The position numbers and the translations under genes were made by a program. Positions 24,956 to 38,724 of a DNA stretch of 64,000 bases are shown here, in pieces. Where the stretch lies: positions 40,114,001-40,178,000 of the forward strand of contig NC_043003.1 of assembly GCF_006345805.1 (NCBI RefSeq), read 5' to 3'. Position 1 is the first letter of the stretch, and every line of letters starts with the position of its first letter. The notes beneath the pieces are model-generated. The model had not been told where the DNA came from. It saw nothing but the letters and a program-made list of their open reading frames with translations, and did no database searches. Source of the stretch: Octopus sinensis (taxonomy: Eukaryota).

Positions 24956-26349
24956 TTAGCTGCTGCATCTAGCAAATTGAGCAACCACATAGAAGATTTA
25001 TCATTGACTTAGACTGTTGGGCTCACAATCATACAGTTATTGGTTTAGTTTTTGGATCAGATGATGCATTGAGTCCTTGAGCAAGGTACTTTACGTTCCA
25101 GTCTCTTTGGCTAAAACTGAGTGTCAGCCTAATGGTGGTACAGTGCTCTACCCCATTTACATGTATTATTTATGTACTGAGTCAGTAGGAGAACCAATGT
25201 AGTGTCTTATATCTGCGCTTACATAGGCAGCTGAAACAATTAGTAAAAGCACAGTACATTTTACCAAGTCATTCTCCCTTGTGAGTGACAATTATGCTTG
25301 ATTATGTGGAACAACACCATCTTTAGACTTGTCACTTGTAATGTATAGTTAGCATTTTACAAAGAAATATCTTGTTTATTGAGACTAGTCATTTGACCCA
25401 CATAAATAACTATTCTTCCACTATTTTATATGGCTGATTGCATTTAAAAGAACAAAAATTAAATTTCCTGTGATTTGCTGTGCTTGAGAAGACTTGTTAA
25501 GCTAAGTGAAATAACAGTTGTGGCGACATGTAAAAGGCACCACCCATGCTGGTGACACATAAAAGACACCCAGTGCACTCTGTGGAGTGATTGGGTCATA
25601 AAATCCATGTGCAGAGTGTGAGAACAAATGAATTCATCGACAATTTAATTTCCAACTGATTTCAACTCTACCACCCCATTTATCTGTCTTTAAAAATACT
25701 ATATTTCAGTTTTTCTCCACTGTATGAGAAACCTACTTGGCCAGAAACAGCTGGCATCAGTAGGTTGTTTTAACTTCTTCCTAAAATCTAAAAGTTCAAA
25801 GTGCAAGGAGAACTTAGTAGTTAATTGTTTGACAACAGCCTTTATGTATTGGCTTAACTCATTCAGACAACAGCCAAAACTCCTTCAAATCACATTCTAC
25901 AAAGCTCATGCAAATAAAGATGTACCAAACTGAGTTTCTGATTTACAGAGATGGGATAGTCATAGACGGAATGCTTTTGATCAGGGCTGACTCAGAGCTA
26001 AACATCCAAAGGCATACATTCTTGTAGGTCGTGTGCTGGTCTCTAAAACAAGTAGTAAAGGAAGGTATCACTACGACAGGCATAGCAATATCATTGCAAA
26101 CTACAAGGACAGACGAAACACCCTGGAGAGAACCATCAAATTCATGGAGATGACATAGCACAATTGATTATAAGAACAGCTCCTGTTATTATAGCCCTCT
26201 AGGACAAGCTGTTTGTAAGAACTCCCACATGCTTATTACATATTCATAGTTGAAGACAGAGATCTCCCTGACAAAGAATTAAATCTCTACAAATGCTCAG
26301 TAAGCCCACAAGGTGTCAGCTTTTGTTATCTAAGTAGCCTAATTAACTG

Positions 26350-26650
26350 AGTGTACGTGAAGCTTATTTATGTATGAAATGCAATGCAGCATGTTAGTAA
26401 GGCATGAACCTTGAATACAGGTTTACAGAAGCTAGAAAGAAATGTGAAACGCTCTGCGGGATGAAGAAGCAAGTTTGTGTGCAAGGGAGACAATTACAGT
26501 CATAGGTAGCTGATATATACGGAGGATGTCAGTTGTACAAAGGGCTGAGCAGTTGAATTGGACGGTACTCGTGAAAAGGAGTAACTTTGGAAGATATGGG
26601 AAGAAGTAGTAAAGACCAATCTGAAGAAATTGAACCTCATAAAGACGGTA
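26350..26650 (+). mobile_element. Highly decayed RTE LINE C-terminal fragment
   Basis: Residual LQKLERN and WEEVVKTNLKKLNL segments parallel the C-terminal end of the RTE ORF at about 19010-19310. Confidence 0.45.
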
Positions 26651-29256
26651 AGTAATTTGTTAGAGATAGCAGCTAAAGCAAAACAAGTTCACCACTGGTT
26701 CTTTTATAGAATGTGTAAAATACTGCATTACCAAACAAGCAATTATGATATTTAGAAAGATCCAATACAATTAAATTTAGTCAACTAAACATTTTCATCC
26801 AGGTATGATGTATGCTTCACCCTTGCTGTACAGTACTAGTTATAAAACTCCCATGTCAGTCAACATAAGAACATTTCTGATCTGCTAGAAATAACTAGAA
26901 ACTTCTCTGACATCACACCCAAATGTCATAAAAAAACCCTCCAAAGAAGTTGGTCCAAGAATATTCTTGTATGTTTTAACCCAAAGGCTATGGCCATGTT
27001 GAGGCACTGCTGGTAGTATACTGAATAAAAGAGAAAGTGAATGGTTAGGTTAACTGAGGTGAATATAATTCAACAAAAAAGTCTCTAAATGGCCATATGA
27101 TCTATAAGAAATATCAAATACATCAACTACAAATCATGCCCTACTGTCTCTAAAAGAAACAGAAAGGAGGGTCATGACTGGAATGGCAAATAGGTATATC
27201 TGTTGAAGTAAAGCTACATTAAATATATGTAAAATATGAGACACTTGCAGACACATTCTCTTTGGAAGCACGAGACATTAACACATTTGAACAATTGTGT
27301 ACATATATATGGCATATATTTAGGGCAGTTGATTTTACAACTGGGAGCTTTGTTACTGGTAATAAGCAATCATTAATGTAGAGCAGAACCGGTTTTACAG
27401 TAAAGATGTATATAGCATTAGGTAGAACAAGGCATTTTAGATGAGTAAGTTCTAGTTGTCAGCAGGAGAACCATTCATATAGTAATAATCAGAAAAGTCT
27501 AATGTATTTTTTTCCCCCATATGTGTCACTAGTTATGGTGGACAGTATTGCACTCATAATACTCAATTAAGAAAACCAAAAGGTAGTGTCAAATGCACTG
27601 TTACTTCTTTAGAGTGTTATTTTGTGCTGCTGGGTGACAGACACACAAATACACTTTCAGTGTACGAGAAAGATATCAAAGATATACATTGTCAGAGTAG
27701 AAGGAATCGAGAAATGTTACATTATCATCCTTTAATGTCCATTTTCCATGCTGGCATGGGGCTGGATGGTTTGACCGCAGCTGGCAAGCCAGTGAGCTGT
27801 ACCAGGTTCCAGTCTGATTTGGCTTGGTTTCTACAACTGGATGCTGTTCGTAACATCAACCACTTTACAGTGTGTGCTGGGTGCTTCTAACATGCTACTG
27901 GCACAAATGCTTTTAATGTACTACTGATACAGGGCTTTTGCAGGCCAATCCACTTCTGCTGTAGAGGATGGGTCTTCTTGAGTATAGCAATGTGCCAGCT
28001 CTCTTGGCCCTTTGCCATCTTGTCTGAAAGGTTCAGCATTCTGAGATCGTCTATATGACAAGTTCATTACTGATTACTCTATAGTTTAAGACAATCAAAT
28101 CAAATGAAAACTATAAATAAATAGGAGTTATAGGCAGCCAAATAGCAGACTCGTTAGTGTTGGATAGCTTACTCCAAATCCTTTTGGGGTACAATTCCTT
28201 CTCTTACTGGGAGAATTCAAACTTCTGAAAATGACCAATGTTGTGGCCACTTTTAGACTACCCTTCTATATATCATAACAGTGCACTTACAGCTACAAGG
28301 AAAAGTTTGAGGACCCAAAATTATGCAAAGTGAATGAGTTGTGTTAGCAGTGGATGTTTTGAAAACATAGTAAGGAGTCAGAATAAAAACATGGGGTGGG
28401 GGATTCAAGTGAGCAATTTTTGATGTCAGCAAAGGGATTTTGTCTCTGAATGAAGTGATGGCCAGATTTGTGTAAGATGGTTGGAAAGAAACGAGGCAGC
28501 ACTGCACTGACTGTGTAAAGTCATTGTACAAAGATGGAACAAGTTTGGAGTATGACAAGTGGAGTGTGAAATTGGTGGGATCTGAGGTGTGAGAAAAGTA
28601 GATGACAAGAGACTTCCTGCAGAACACCTGTTCAACCCATGCATGGAAACACAGGTGTAAAGTATTGATGATTTTCATTAATTTTCCCTATTTCTAGCTG
28701 TCAAAGATTCCACTGTAGGCATCACAGACAATGCCAGATATTTCAGTTATTGTAAGATTTAGGGCACAGGTACTTTACTTTTGTACTTACGGTGGTATCC
28801 ACCTGGCTACCAAATTCAGATTCACAAAGTCTGGCCTTTAGGTGGTCAGACATCCAACACAGATTATTAATTAGTCATGACTACAACAAAGGACATATGA
28901 AAGAACCAGATATGAATCCAAGATCCAGCTGTTATGCCAGCTTGGGATGAGTTTGTTCTGTGGACAGTAGAATGCATGATCAAACCTTCTGAGCAGGAAT
29001 TATTGAAGCAAATCAATCTGGTAATGACTGACTTAAAAGCATAACAAAATCCAAAATTCAGCAAAAAAGAGGCAAATGTTTTGTAGCTTTATGAATCTTC
29101 AACTTAAACAAAAGCTGGTTTTTGAAGATGTACCGCATATGACGATATATGAATTGATCAGCTTCTGCCAGAATTTTGCTTTGAGTATGATGCAGTCCTT
29201 TTAGAGACAAAAAATGCCTACTCCATCTTGGTTGCACGGATTTTCATACCAACATG

Positions 29257-29620
29257 TACTCTTTTACTTGTTTCAGTCGTTTGACTGCGGCCATGCCGGA
29301 GCACCGTCTTTGGTCGAGTAAATCGACCCCAGGACTTATTCTTTGTAAGCCTAGTACTTATTCTATCGGTCTCTTTTGCTGAACCGCTAAGTTACAGGGA
29401 CGTAAACACACCAGCATCGGTTGTCAAGCGATGTTGGGGGGACAAACACACAAATATATATATATACATATATACGACGGGCTTCTTTCAGTTTCTGTCT
29501 ACTAAATCTACTCACAAGGCTATAGTAGAAGGCACTTGCCCAAGGTGCCACGCAGTGGGACTGAACCCGGAACCATGTGGTTGGTAAGCAAGCTACTTAC
29601 CACATAGCCACTCCTGCACC
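29257..29620 (-). mobile_element. Family A tRNA-derived SINE, near full length
   Basis: Reverse complement of 41895-42270 with A and B boxes (gtggctatgtggtaag; ggttcagtccc). Confidence 0.88.
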
Positions 29621-31171
29621 AGATTAAACACTAACATCTAGTCTATATGAATTTGTGACTCACAGATCTTTTGGTTTGTCACAAGTGTTAACTGACCAGG
29701 TGTATGTGTACCCAGCTTTTAAAAGACTGTCCTATTTGGTGTAATGTGCATAGAAAGTTCCTGTTGAGTCTTGGCGTCCAGAAGCAAGAATGTACCTGCT
29801 GTATTTAGCAAGGATAACTTTTTTTTTTGTAGTTCTCAGATTTCTTTTAATTTATCAACCATAAGATTTAATCTGGTTACTGAACAGTTATGAAACAGCT
29901 ATATGTCAATATGTAAGCAACAGATAACTAGTTTGGCAGGCCAACACAAAAATATGCTGAAGTTCTGCAAACCCAGAGCAAGGTAGGTAACTCTGCATAC
30001 TTCAAACTGCCGCCAATCTGACTAAAGTACACTTTACAAGTGGCTATATAGGGGCCTTGTAAATAATTATTCCAAACATTCCATCAAGGCTAGCAATGAA
30101 AATATTTGGAAAACGAAATAATTTTTGAGTTTACTCGGTGAATTACCTTGTTCATTCATATTGATACAGCACACCTTAAATTAAAAACCAGATGTACTGG
30201 GTTTCTGTTAGTGCTTGATACTCTCTTATTAGTGGGCTGCAACCATACAAGGGTAATGCTTTAAGAGTTTTAGTCCCTCAAACTTCTGCAAGTTAACAGA
30301 TTCTGATATGGACGCCTGTACAACACACAATAATACAGAGTTCCACGTATTCTACTGCTCTATTTCTTTTTTTTTTTAAATTTGCAGGGCAATATGAACT
30401 AACAAACCCATTATTATGGGGGTCAAAAAAAAAAAACCTAGCATGTAACAAGTACCCTCTCAACATTCTAATGTCGATTTGCTTGTATGAATTGGACAAG
30501 CTATCTCTGGCCACTGTTCCTGTTGCCAACTCGTTTCCAATATGGTAAAATTTCCACTAGTTTCTTCAAATACACACACACACACACACACAAAGCTGGA
30601 TATGAAGCTTGCAAACCAACTATCTCTTTTTTTCAACAGTGTGGAAGTACAAAGCATAAAGCACAAGAGTTCATCCACATTGACTAAGTCCACTCAAAGC
30701 TCTCTCTCTCCCTCATATTTATCTACAGAGAGAGAGAGAGAAAGCCCTGAATGGATTTACACAGAATGTGGATGAACTCTCAACCAGAACATTTATATTG
30801 TGTTACTTTTGAAGCATACAATACTGTTTTAATCATGGTGCACGACTTTTGGGTCACCCTTAAGTGTAGCATTCTACCTCTTACTTAAAATGTGGATATA
30901 CTTTAAGCCACAACAATGCAGTATTCATCTTGAATAAACATACAATGCGAAAAAAGCATGCAAGTAAATCAGTAACAAAGTGTCCAAAGGCAATGTGGAA
31001 TTGTTAAATCTGGGTTTTCTGCATCTCTGCACATCATCATTAGCAAATATCCACTACCACTGCATATTTAAACAAACACTGCTTCTACTGATACAGAAAA
31101 TTCATTGGTATTCTGAACCAACACTACTTCTGATGCTAATAATGAACTGCCAGCTACTTGTTGATGATCGT

Positions 31172-31570
31172 CTTTACTCTTACTCTTTACTCGTTTCAGT
31201 TATTTGACTGCAGCCATGCTGGAGCACCGCCTTTAGTCGAGCAAATTGACCCCGGGACATATTCTTTGTGAGCCTGGTACTTATTCTATCGGATCTCTTT
31301 TGCCAAACCGCTAAGTTACGGAGACGTAAACACACCAGCATCGGTTGTCAAGCGATGTTGGTGGGGACAAACATAGATACACAAACACACACACATATAT
31401 ATATATATACGATGGGCTTCTTTCAGTTTCCGTCTACCAAACCACTCACAAGGCTTCGGTCGGCCCAAGGCAATAGTAGAAGACACACACCCAAGGTGCC
31501 ACGCAGTGGGACTGAACCCGGAACCATGTGGTTGGTAAGCAAGCTACTTACCACAGCCACTCCTGCACCT
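31172..31570 (-). mobile_element. Family A tRNA-derived SINE, full length
   Basis: As above, with a (tactc/tttac)-type tail. Confidence 0.88.
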
Positions 31571-32374
31571 ATATCAGAAGATGCAAAACTTGGCTGGACA
31601 CTTTCAGTCTGCTACTGATACAACTCTGCTTTTTACAACTATATGCCTATACAAGATGCATAGCAATGGCTTCCTTACAGTATATCTATGTTAAGTAGGA
31701 TATAAAGAATGCCATTCTGAACTGCTTCTGATGCATATAAATATATAACTATTATTATCAGGAAACAAAGAAAAACTAGCACTAAAGATAGGTAGTTAAC
31801 TTGTACATTAATCTGTGTTTGTCTATGCCCCTGACAAGTGTGCGTCAATGTTTGCTGGAAGGTATTCTAGGCGTGTACAAATACGTATGTGAACATGTGT
31901 GACTGTACCAGTGTACAGCAGTATCAACACACTTGCATACATGTTTGTGTGTATATAAATATTTATTGTAAAGATTATTTGCCAACATAATGTGGCAGTC
32001 CCGGTTGGGATGACTGTTACTGTTATTTAGCTCTAGAAAACATTGTCTTCAGCTGGCTATGACACATAATCTGTGTTCTATTTTCGAACAGGGAGATCTA
32101 GAAATAATAATTTCCTCATTTAAATATTTATTATTAACCACCAAAACGACCTATCAATGAAGCAGTATCTAATTGGGCTGCTAGAAATAGCAGCCCAATT
32201 TTTATCAAGTTTCACAAAGAAAAGAAAATGTTCGAGATATTATGCTTGAATAAAAGGCTGTGATTAGAAAGGTTTCGATTGCAGGCCTGCAGGATCAGTT
32301 ATAACCCACAGTTGAACTTCCACACATCTTTTCAGAACAATCACTTGAGTTTGGAAAGAGAAATACAAAAGACA

Positions 32375-33032
32375 CGTGTACAAGTAATTAGGAGCTTTAT
32401 TTCCACCACATCCCACCCGTCCAACCCACCAAATGTATAGCTAGAACAAAGAAAATGGTCAATGTTTTCAGCAAAGTCTAGATGGCAGTTCCATAACCGG
32501 AATGGGGCTGGGAAGAGCCCGGAGAAGTGTCCGAATAGCAGATTGAGGGACAGAGCAGTGTAGTGAATCAGCGTGGCATTAGGAGGTAACAGTCCACTAA
32601 GACCATGTCCAGACAACTGCAACAACTTTGAGACAATGGCTGCTATGGATGACGAACAAGAGACACACAACAGAATTCTAGACGACATTGAAACCAGTGG
32701 TACTGCTGCTGTCATCTTCACAGTTGTTCCTTGTTGAAACAAACACCTGCAGGTGGTGCGGTTGGACCCTACCCTGGGTACCGCCATGACACGGGGAGCA
32801 GACAAAGAAGTGGATAAGAAAGAGACAGTCGAAGAGAGTGCTGTCGTCATCATCTGATTAGCAGTGACAATCTATTTCTGGAAGTCAAGCTTGTCTGATG
32901 GCATTAAAAATAATTCTAACAGGGGGGGAAAAAAGATAATAAAACAATAATAATAATAATAATGTGGCGTGTGAATGAGTTTTAAAAAAAACCAAAAAAA
33001 AAAAAATAAGTGTTTCTTCTGCCGGAAGTGGA
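32375..33032 (-). other. EIF3B: eIF3B 3' UTR with candidate poly(A) signal
   Basis: Unique sequence after the stop codon. AATAAA on the minus strand at 32396-32401 is followed by GU/U-rich sequence (gtgtcttttgtatttctcttt). Confidence 0.6.
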
Positions 33033-33127
33033 TTACTCGAGAACAATTTCCTCAACACTCAACAGGAATTCAATAGTCTCGTCAATGTAGTTGTCTGGGT
33101 TGTTGGCCTGAGAGTCTGTATCATGGC
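33033..33127 (-). CDS. EIF3B: eIF3B last coding exon (G)[30 protein letters not shown]
   Basis: Acceptor ttcag; phase 1; TAA at 33035-33033. Confidence 0.9.
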
Positions 33128-36100
33128 CTGAAATAGCAAAACAAATAAATATGAGATATTAGACACCAAGAGCATCAAAGTGAGGTAGAAATGAGTAATG
33201 GGCGCATCAATGGAACCCAGATTACAAATACATTATTTGCAGGAAGAATACGTAATTGATTAAGTATAAGAGCACTTATCATTACAAATATATCAAATTA
33301 TATTTTTATCAAAAAGTGTATAAAATGAAAAGTCAAACAAACTAGTGGAGGCCTGCAGTGGCAAAGCAAGCAGACCCACCTCGTCAAACTAACAAACCAA
33401 CTTACCATCTCTAAGAGTTATTCTTCTCTCTCGGTATTGAGCGTACTCTTGTTCCTTGTCAGCACGATATTGCCGGAAGTCAGTCAGCATCTTGCGCCGT
33501 TTCTCAATCATCTCCTACAAAGGAAGAATAATAAGGTTATTGTGATATCTAGCTCATACACAATCATCATGGATCCCGTAAATATACAAGAGCACAAATA
33601 CCAAATTTATCAGTTACACAATGGACAATACTTTTAGATAATCTGTATAGTAAGACAGAAAGCATTGAGAAGACATATACACCATACCTATCATTAATGC
33701 AGCAGGGTAAAAGTTCATTATAAATTTTCCACAAACATACCTACATATACATAAGTGTTGGTGTGCACATAAAAAGCACCCAGTACACTTTATAAAGTGG
33801 TTGGCATTAAGAAAGGCATCCAACTGAAGAAACCATGCCAGAGCAGAGAATGGAGCCTGGTGCAGCTCTGATTTGCCAGCTCCTGTCCAACTGTCAAATG
33901 CATGTCAGCATGGAAGATGACGTTAAATGACGACATCCATATCCACATACACACTTTTGCAACAGCATATGCACTGACATAATAATTAACTGGTAAGGTG
34001 TTACAATAACGAACTGGAAATGTGACGAATGAAATAAACAAACATACTTTAGCAATATAGTAAACTGAACTTTGAACTACTGAAATCCTAAGCAATTGCA
34101 CACAGCAAATAACTACAAATTTCCATGCCCTGTCAGTTTTATCACCAAAGTTAAGTACATTAAACAGAAGGAGAGTTTCAGTCAGCAAAGAGTTACAAAC
34201 CTTTGAGGCCTTTGTTTGGCTCATCTTATCCTTAATTTCAAACTGTGTGGAATATTTCTTCATATTCTTCTTAATATCTTTAAGTTGATCCTTTGTCAAA
34301 AGGCTTGCGGGCCGGGGTCGCCACTGCAGCTGACAGAACCTATCCAGGGACTGCTTCTGCAGAAGTCTTCCCTGGAATGTCCAAACCCAATAGGCATTGT
34401 CCACCTGAAACATACAAAACAAAATTTAATGAGGGTGATGATGATTATGATAATAATTGCTAATATTTAAGAATTTAAAGATCTTGATCAGTGATCCCAG
34501 TAACACCCATCAAGATGACATCAGGAAGTAGAGGAAGAATACATGAGAGAGGGAGGGAGAGAGAGAGAGATGGAGTGAGACAATGACTTACTTTATGTCC
34601 CCACCAACTGACGCCAGAGATAACATATCGACCGGTTGGATCCCACTCCACGTCGGTAGACATGAAGTGCTCCGTGAGAGCCATCACAGTCATGTCATTA
34701 GTGTCAATGAACTCCAAGATGCCATTCAAGCTGTAGAGAAAGAGAAAGAGGTGACACTGATCAATACATCACTACCTACACATATCTATGCTATATATAT
34801 ATATATCTCAACACCATCATTTAACATCCAATTCCATGCTGGGATGGCTAGGCATGGCTGTGTGGTAAGAAGCTTGCTTCCCAACCACATGGTTCCTGGT
34901 TGGGCACGTGTCTTCTACAGCCTTGGGCTGACCAAAGCCGTCTGGGTGGATTTGGTGGATGGAAACTGAAACAAACTTGTATGTATGTCTTCATCTCAGT
35001 AACTTAGTGGTTCAGCAAAAGCGACTTAAGAGACATCTATATGACTATCAGGAAAATTCCATTCAATTCTCTTAAAAGTATTTTTCAAAGAATTGTATTT
35101 AGAATCGACTTCAAAGTGACATTGGTCATAAATGTAACAAAGGCAACAGCTTGATACATTCACACAAATGAAATTAACAAAATTACTTTCAATAAAAATA
35201 TTATGTGAAGGGACTAATGTTGGAGCCCTTACAGAGTGGATTAGTTTCCACTCTAACAAAAAAAAAAAAAAAAACTACATTCTATTACTTCGCTGACAAT
35301 GAATATTTGTAACAGCCTGTAATCTAACCATATTTGTAATACAATTAATGTATAGTTTATTTATATTTCAGTATGCATGACTGACTACAATTATGTAGTC
35401 TATGCTTATAAATAGAACTATATTATCCTATATCATCATCATAGCTCTTTTTTTTTAAATATCTGCTTTTCCTATGCTAGCATGTATTGGACTCAGTGAG
35501 GCAGAATTTTAAGTCCTTCCTGCCACCAATCCTCATTTTTTATTTCACTGAGCAAGCTACAGGACATACTATTTGCAAGAAATGTTAATGTCACCATTGA
35601 TCAAATGGTATCGATTTCAGAACACTTGGCAGGATCATGTAAAATTCCATCTACCAAATTCTATTCAAAAGGTACCACGCAGTGAAATGAACCAGAAACC
35701 AAATGGATAGCAATCATGCTTGAACACATATTCAGCCTGGTTATAGCAGCGCTCTAAAATGGCACAGTTAATGAAAGAATATGATTGATTCTAGTTTCAG
35801 CCCATGAGCTGTGGCCATGCTGGGGCACCGCCTTTAATATATATATATATTCTCTTTTACTTGTTTCAGTCATTTGACTGCGACCATGCTGGAGCACCAC
35901 CTTTAATCGAGCAACTCGACCCCGGAACTTATTCTTTTGTAAGCCCAGTACTTATTCTATCGGTCTCTTTTGCCGAACCGCTAAGTAACGGGGACATAAA
36001 CACACCAGCATCGGTTGTCAAGCAATGCTAGGGGGACAAACACAGACACACACATATATATATATATATGCGTGTGTACGACAGGCTTCTTTCAGTTTCC

Positions 36101-38691
36101 GTCTACCAAATCCACTCACAAGGCTTTGGTCGGTTTGAGGCTATAGTAGAAGACACTTGCCCAAGGTGCCATGCAGTGGTACTGAACCCGGAACCATGTG
36201 GTTGGTAAACGAGCTACTTACCACACAGCCACTCGAAATACCAGTGTATTTATATATATATATACCGTTGTCATCGTTTTAACATCCACTCTTCCATGCT
36301 TGCATATGTGAAATCGAATTTGCTGAGGTGGATTTTCTATGGCCAAAATTTCCTTTTTTGTCACCAACTGTCTCGTTTCCAAGTAAAGTAATATTTCATA
36401 AAGACCAGACACATTTCCATGGAAGGTTAAGAATGTCATGGCAAGGAGACAGTAACACATGCATAGCTTCCTTCTACCAAATTCACTGACAAGGTCTTGG
36501 TCAACCCAGGGATATAAAAGACACTTGCCCGAGATTTCACGCAGGAGTGAACCCACTTCTTACCACACCTGTACACACTCACTCACACACATGTGCATGC
36601 TACTACTTACAAAGACAGGAGTTAACTGTGTAAGATACTAACCTCCTAAGTCCAGCTAGCACAATAAACTGCCCTGTTGGGCTCCAAAATAGATGGTTGG
36701 CTTGTCGCTTCTCAAGTGTTTCTATGGTAAGTCAAGGAAGAAAGAAACAATAAATAAGCAAAATTAAATGAACTGATTATAAATAAGAACGATACACAAG
36801 CGGAGCTCCATACAATTGCATCAGTATTACATAATTCAAAGAAGAAATTTGTTCTAAGCTTCAATAAGAATTCTCTGGCTATGGACACTATGCACAATCA
36901 TATTTCTAAATTATATTAAAATTAAGCCCAGTATTTACAATACAACTTATCATGTGTAATTATTAAAATAATAATAATATATTAAGGTTGTCGGTTCCTC
37001 ACTACATAAGTATATCAAATTAAGCACTTTATAAAAATACACTATGTTAAGTATAAAAAATTTACTATTCACATAACATACTGATTATGGAGTGAAAAAA
37101 CATTTTTGTTGGTAGTTTGCATTGATGGACAACTTTTCTGTTAATTTCTTAACTGTAGGGTAGTTTTTTTTGTAACCGGACAAATAGTCATGTTTTACAC
37201 CCAATGATGTAACATAACTACTGTGATGAACTCATGACTCCAAGGTAAGCAGCCCAGCATATTTTACAAGAACAACTAAGCAATAACCATATTTGGAGAG
37301 AAATATATCTGATCACAGTGAAAAACTTGCAGAACACTATCAATAATTTCTCACACAGGCATAACACACCAGAAGGAAGAAAAGGAAAAATTGAAGCTTT
37401 ACTGTGTTGGTTGCCACCTTCAGCAACAATGTTGTTTCAAATTTTGGCACAAGGCCAGCAATTTTAAAGGAGGGGTAAGTAAATTATACTGACTTCAGTG
37501 TTCAACTGGTACCTATTTCATCAATCCTGAGAGGATGAAAGCAAGGCTGACCGTAGCAAAGCTTGAACTAAGAACGTAAAGAGCTTGAAGAAATGCTGTT
37601 GAGCATTTTGTCTGATTAGCTCATGATTTTGCCAGCTGGCCCCCAGCAACAATATCAACAATAATGGTTGTTTCTAATTTAGGCACAAGGCAAACAATTT
37701 TGAGGGGATGGATTAGTTGATGCCATCGACCAAACTAATATACTAGTTCTTTATCAATCCCTGTGGGGGGAAAAAGAAAAGATTATTACAGCAGGATTTG
37801 AACTCAGAATGCAAATAGCTTGAAGAAATACCACAGAGTATTTTATTTGTCACACCACCATCCTAAATAATAATAATCCTTTCTACAATAGGCACAAGGC
37901 CTGAAATTTGGGGTAAAGGAGATAGTCGATTAGATCAATCCCAGCACGCAACTGGTACCTAATTCATCAACACCGAAAGGATGAAAGGCAAACTCGACCT
38001 CAGCGGAATTTGAACTCAGAAGGTAAAGACAGGTGAAATACCACTAAGCGTTTTGCCTGGCGCACTAACAATTCTGCCAGCTTGCCGCCTTAGAAATAAT
38101 AATAATAACAATATAAAAAAAAATTACTCACTTAAAGCTTCCACTTTACCCCCAGGTCGAATATTACAGAATGTGACTGATATCCGAGGGACCTCGCCAT
38201 GGATGTAAGCAAATTTACTTCCGTTGGGTTCCCAAGCAAATGCAATTATACTTTCTGAAATCAAGAGAAAGACAGAGAAAATATGAAATACATATGATTT
38301 AACATGAACAACACTTTGATTCACTTTAACATTCAACCATTTATATCAACTAAAACAAAGCTAATATATGAAGTGCTAATATTAGTAGACCTTTTCAAAA
38401 AACAATATTCTTTTACCTTTGTTTTGGTTACAACTTTTGACAAATGGTCAAGCAAACACATCAACCATCATATATTTGAAAAAATTTCAATTCAAAATCT
38501 CCATTTTCTTTTTGATTACTATTTCTACAGAAGTCACCATTGCATGTTGATACTAATATATACAACGTAATAACTCCTCCCATTGATTTCATCATATGAG
38601 TGACTACATCAAGTATGGGGAACCTTTTTTAAATTTTTTTATAGGAAGTAGGTTACATAAGACATGACTCACCATAAGGTGGGTTGCACTA

Positions 38692-38724
<33 letters not shown>

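Noticed and set aside
31268-31618. 116-aa ORF, and similar ones at 35804, 41868 and 41958
   Set aside because: Lie within family A SINE copies.
31665-31716. Hairpin aatggc...tatatc...gatata...gccatt, possible pre-miRNA
   Set aside because: Short, AT-rich, with a 4-nt bulge and no resemblance to a miRNA family I recognise.
33022-33030. ETS/GABP-like CCGGAAGTG
   Set aside because: Single site immediately after the eIF3B stop with no promoter context.
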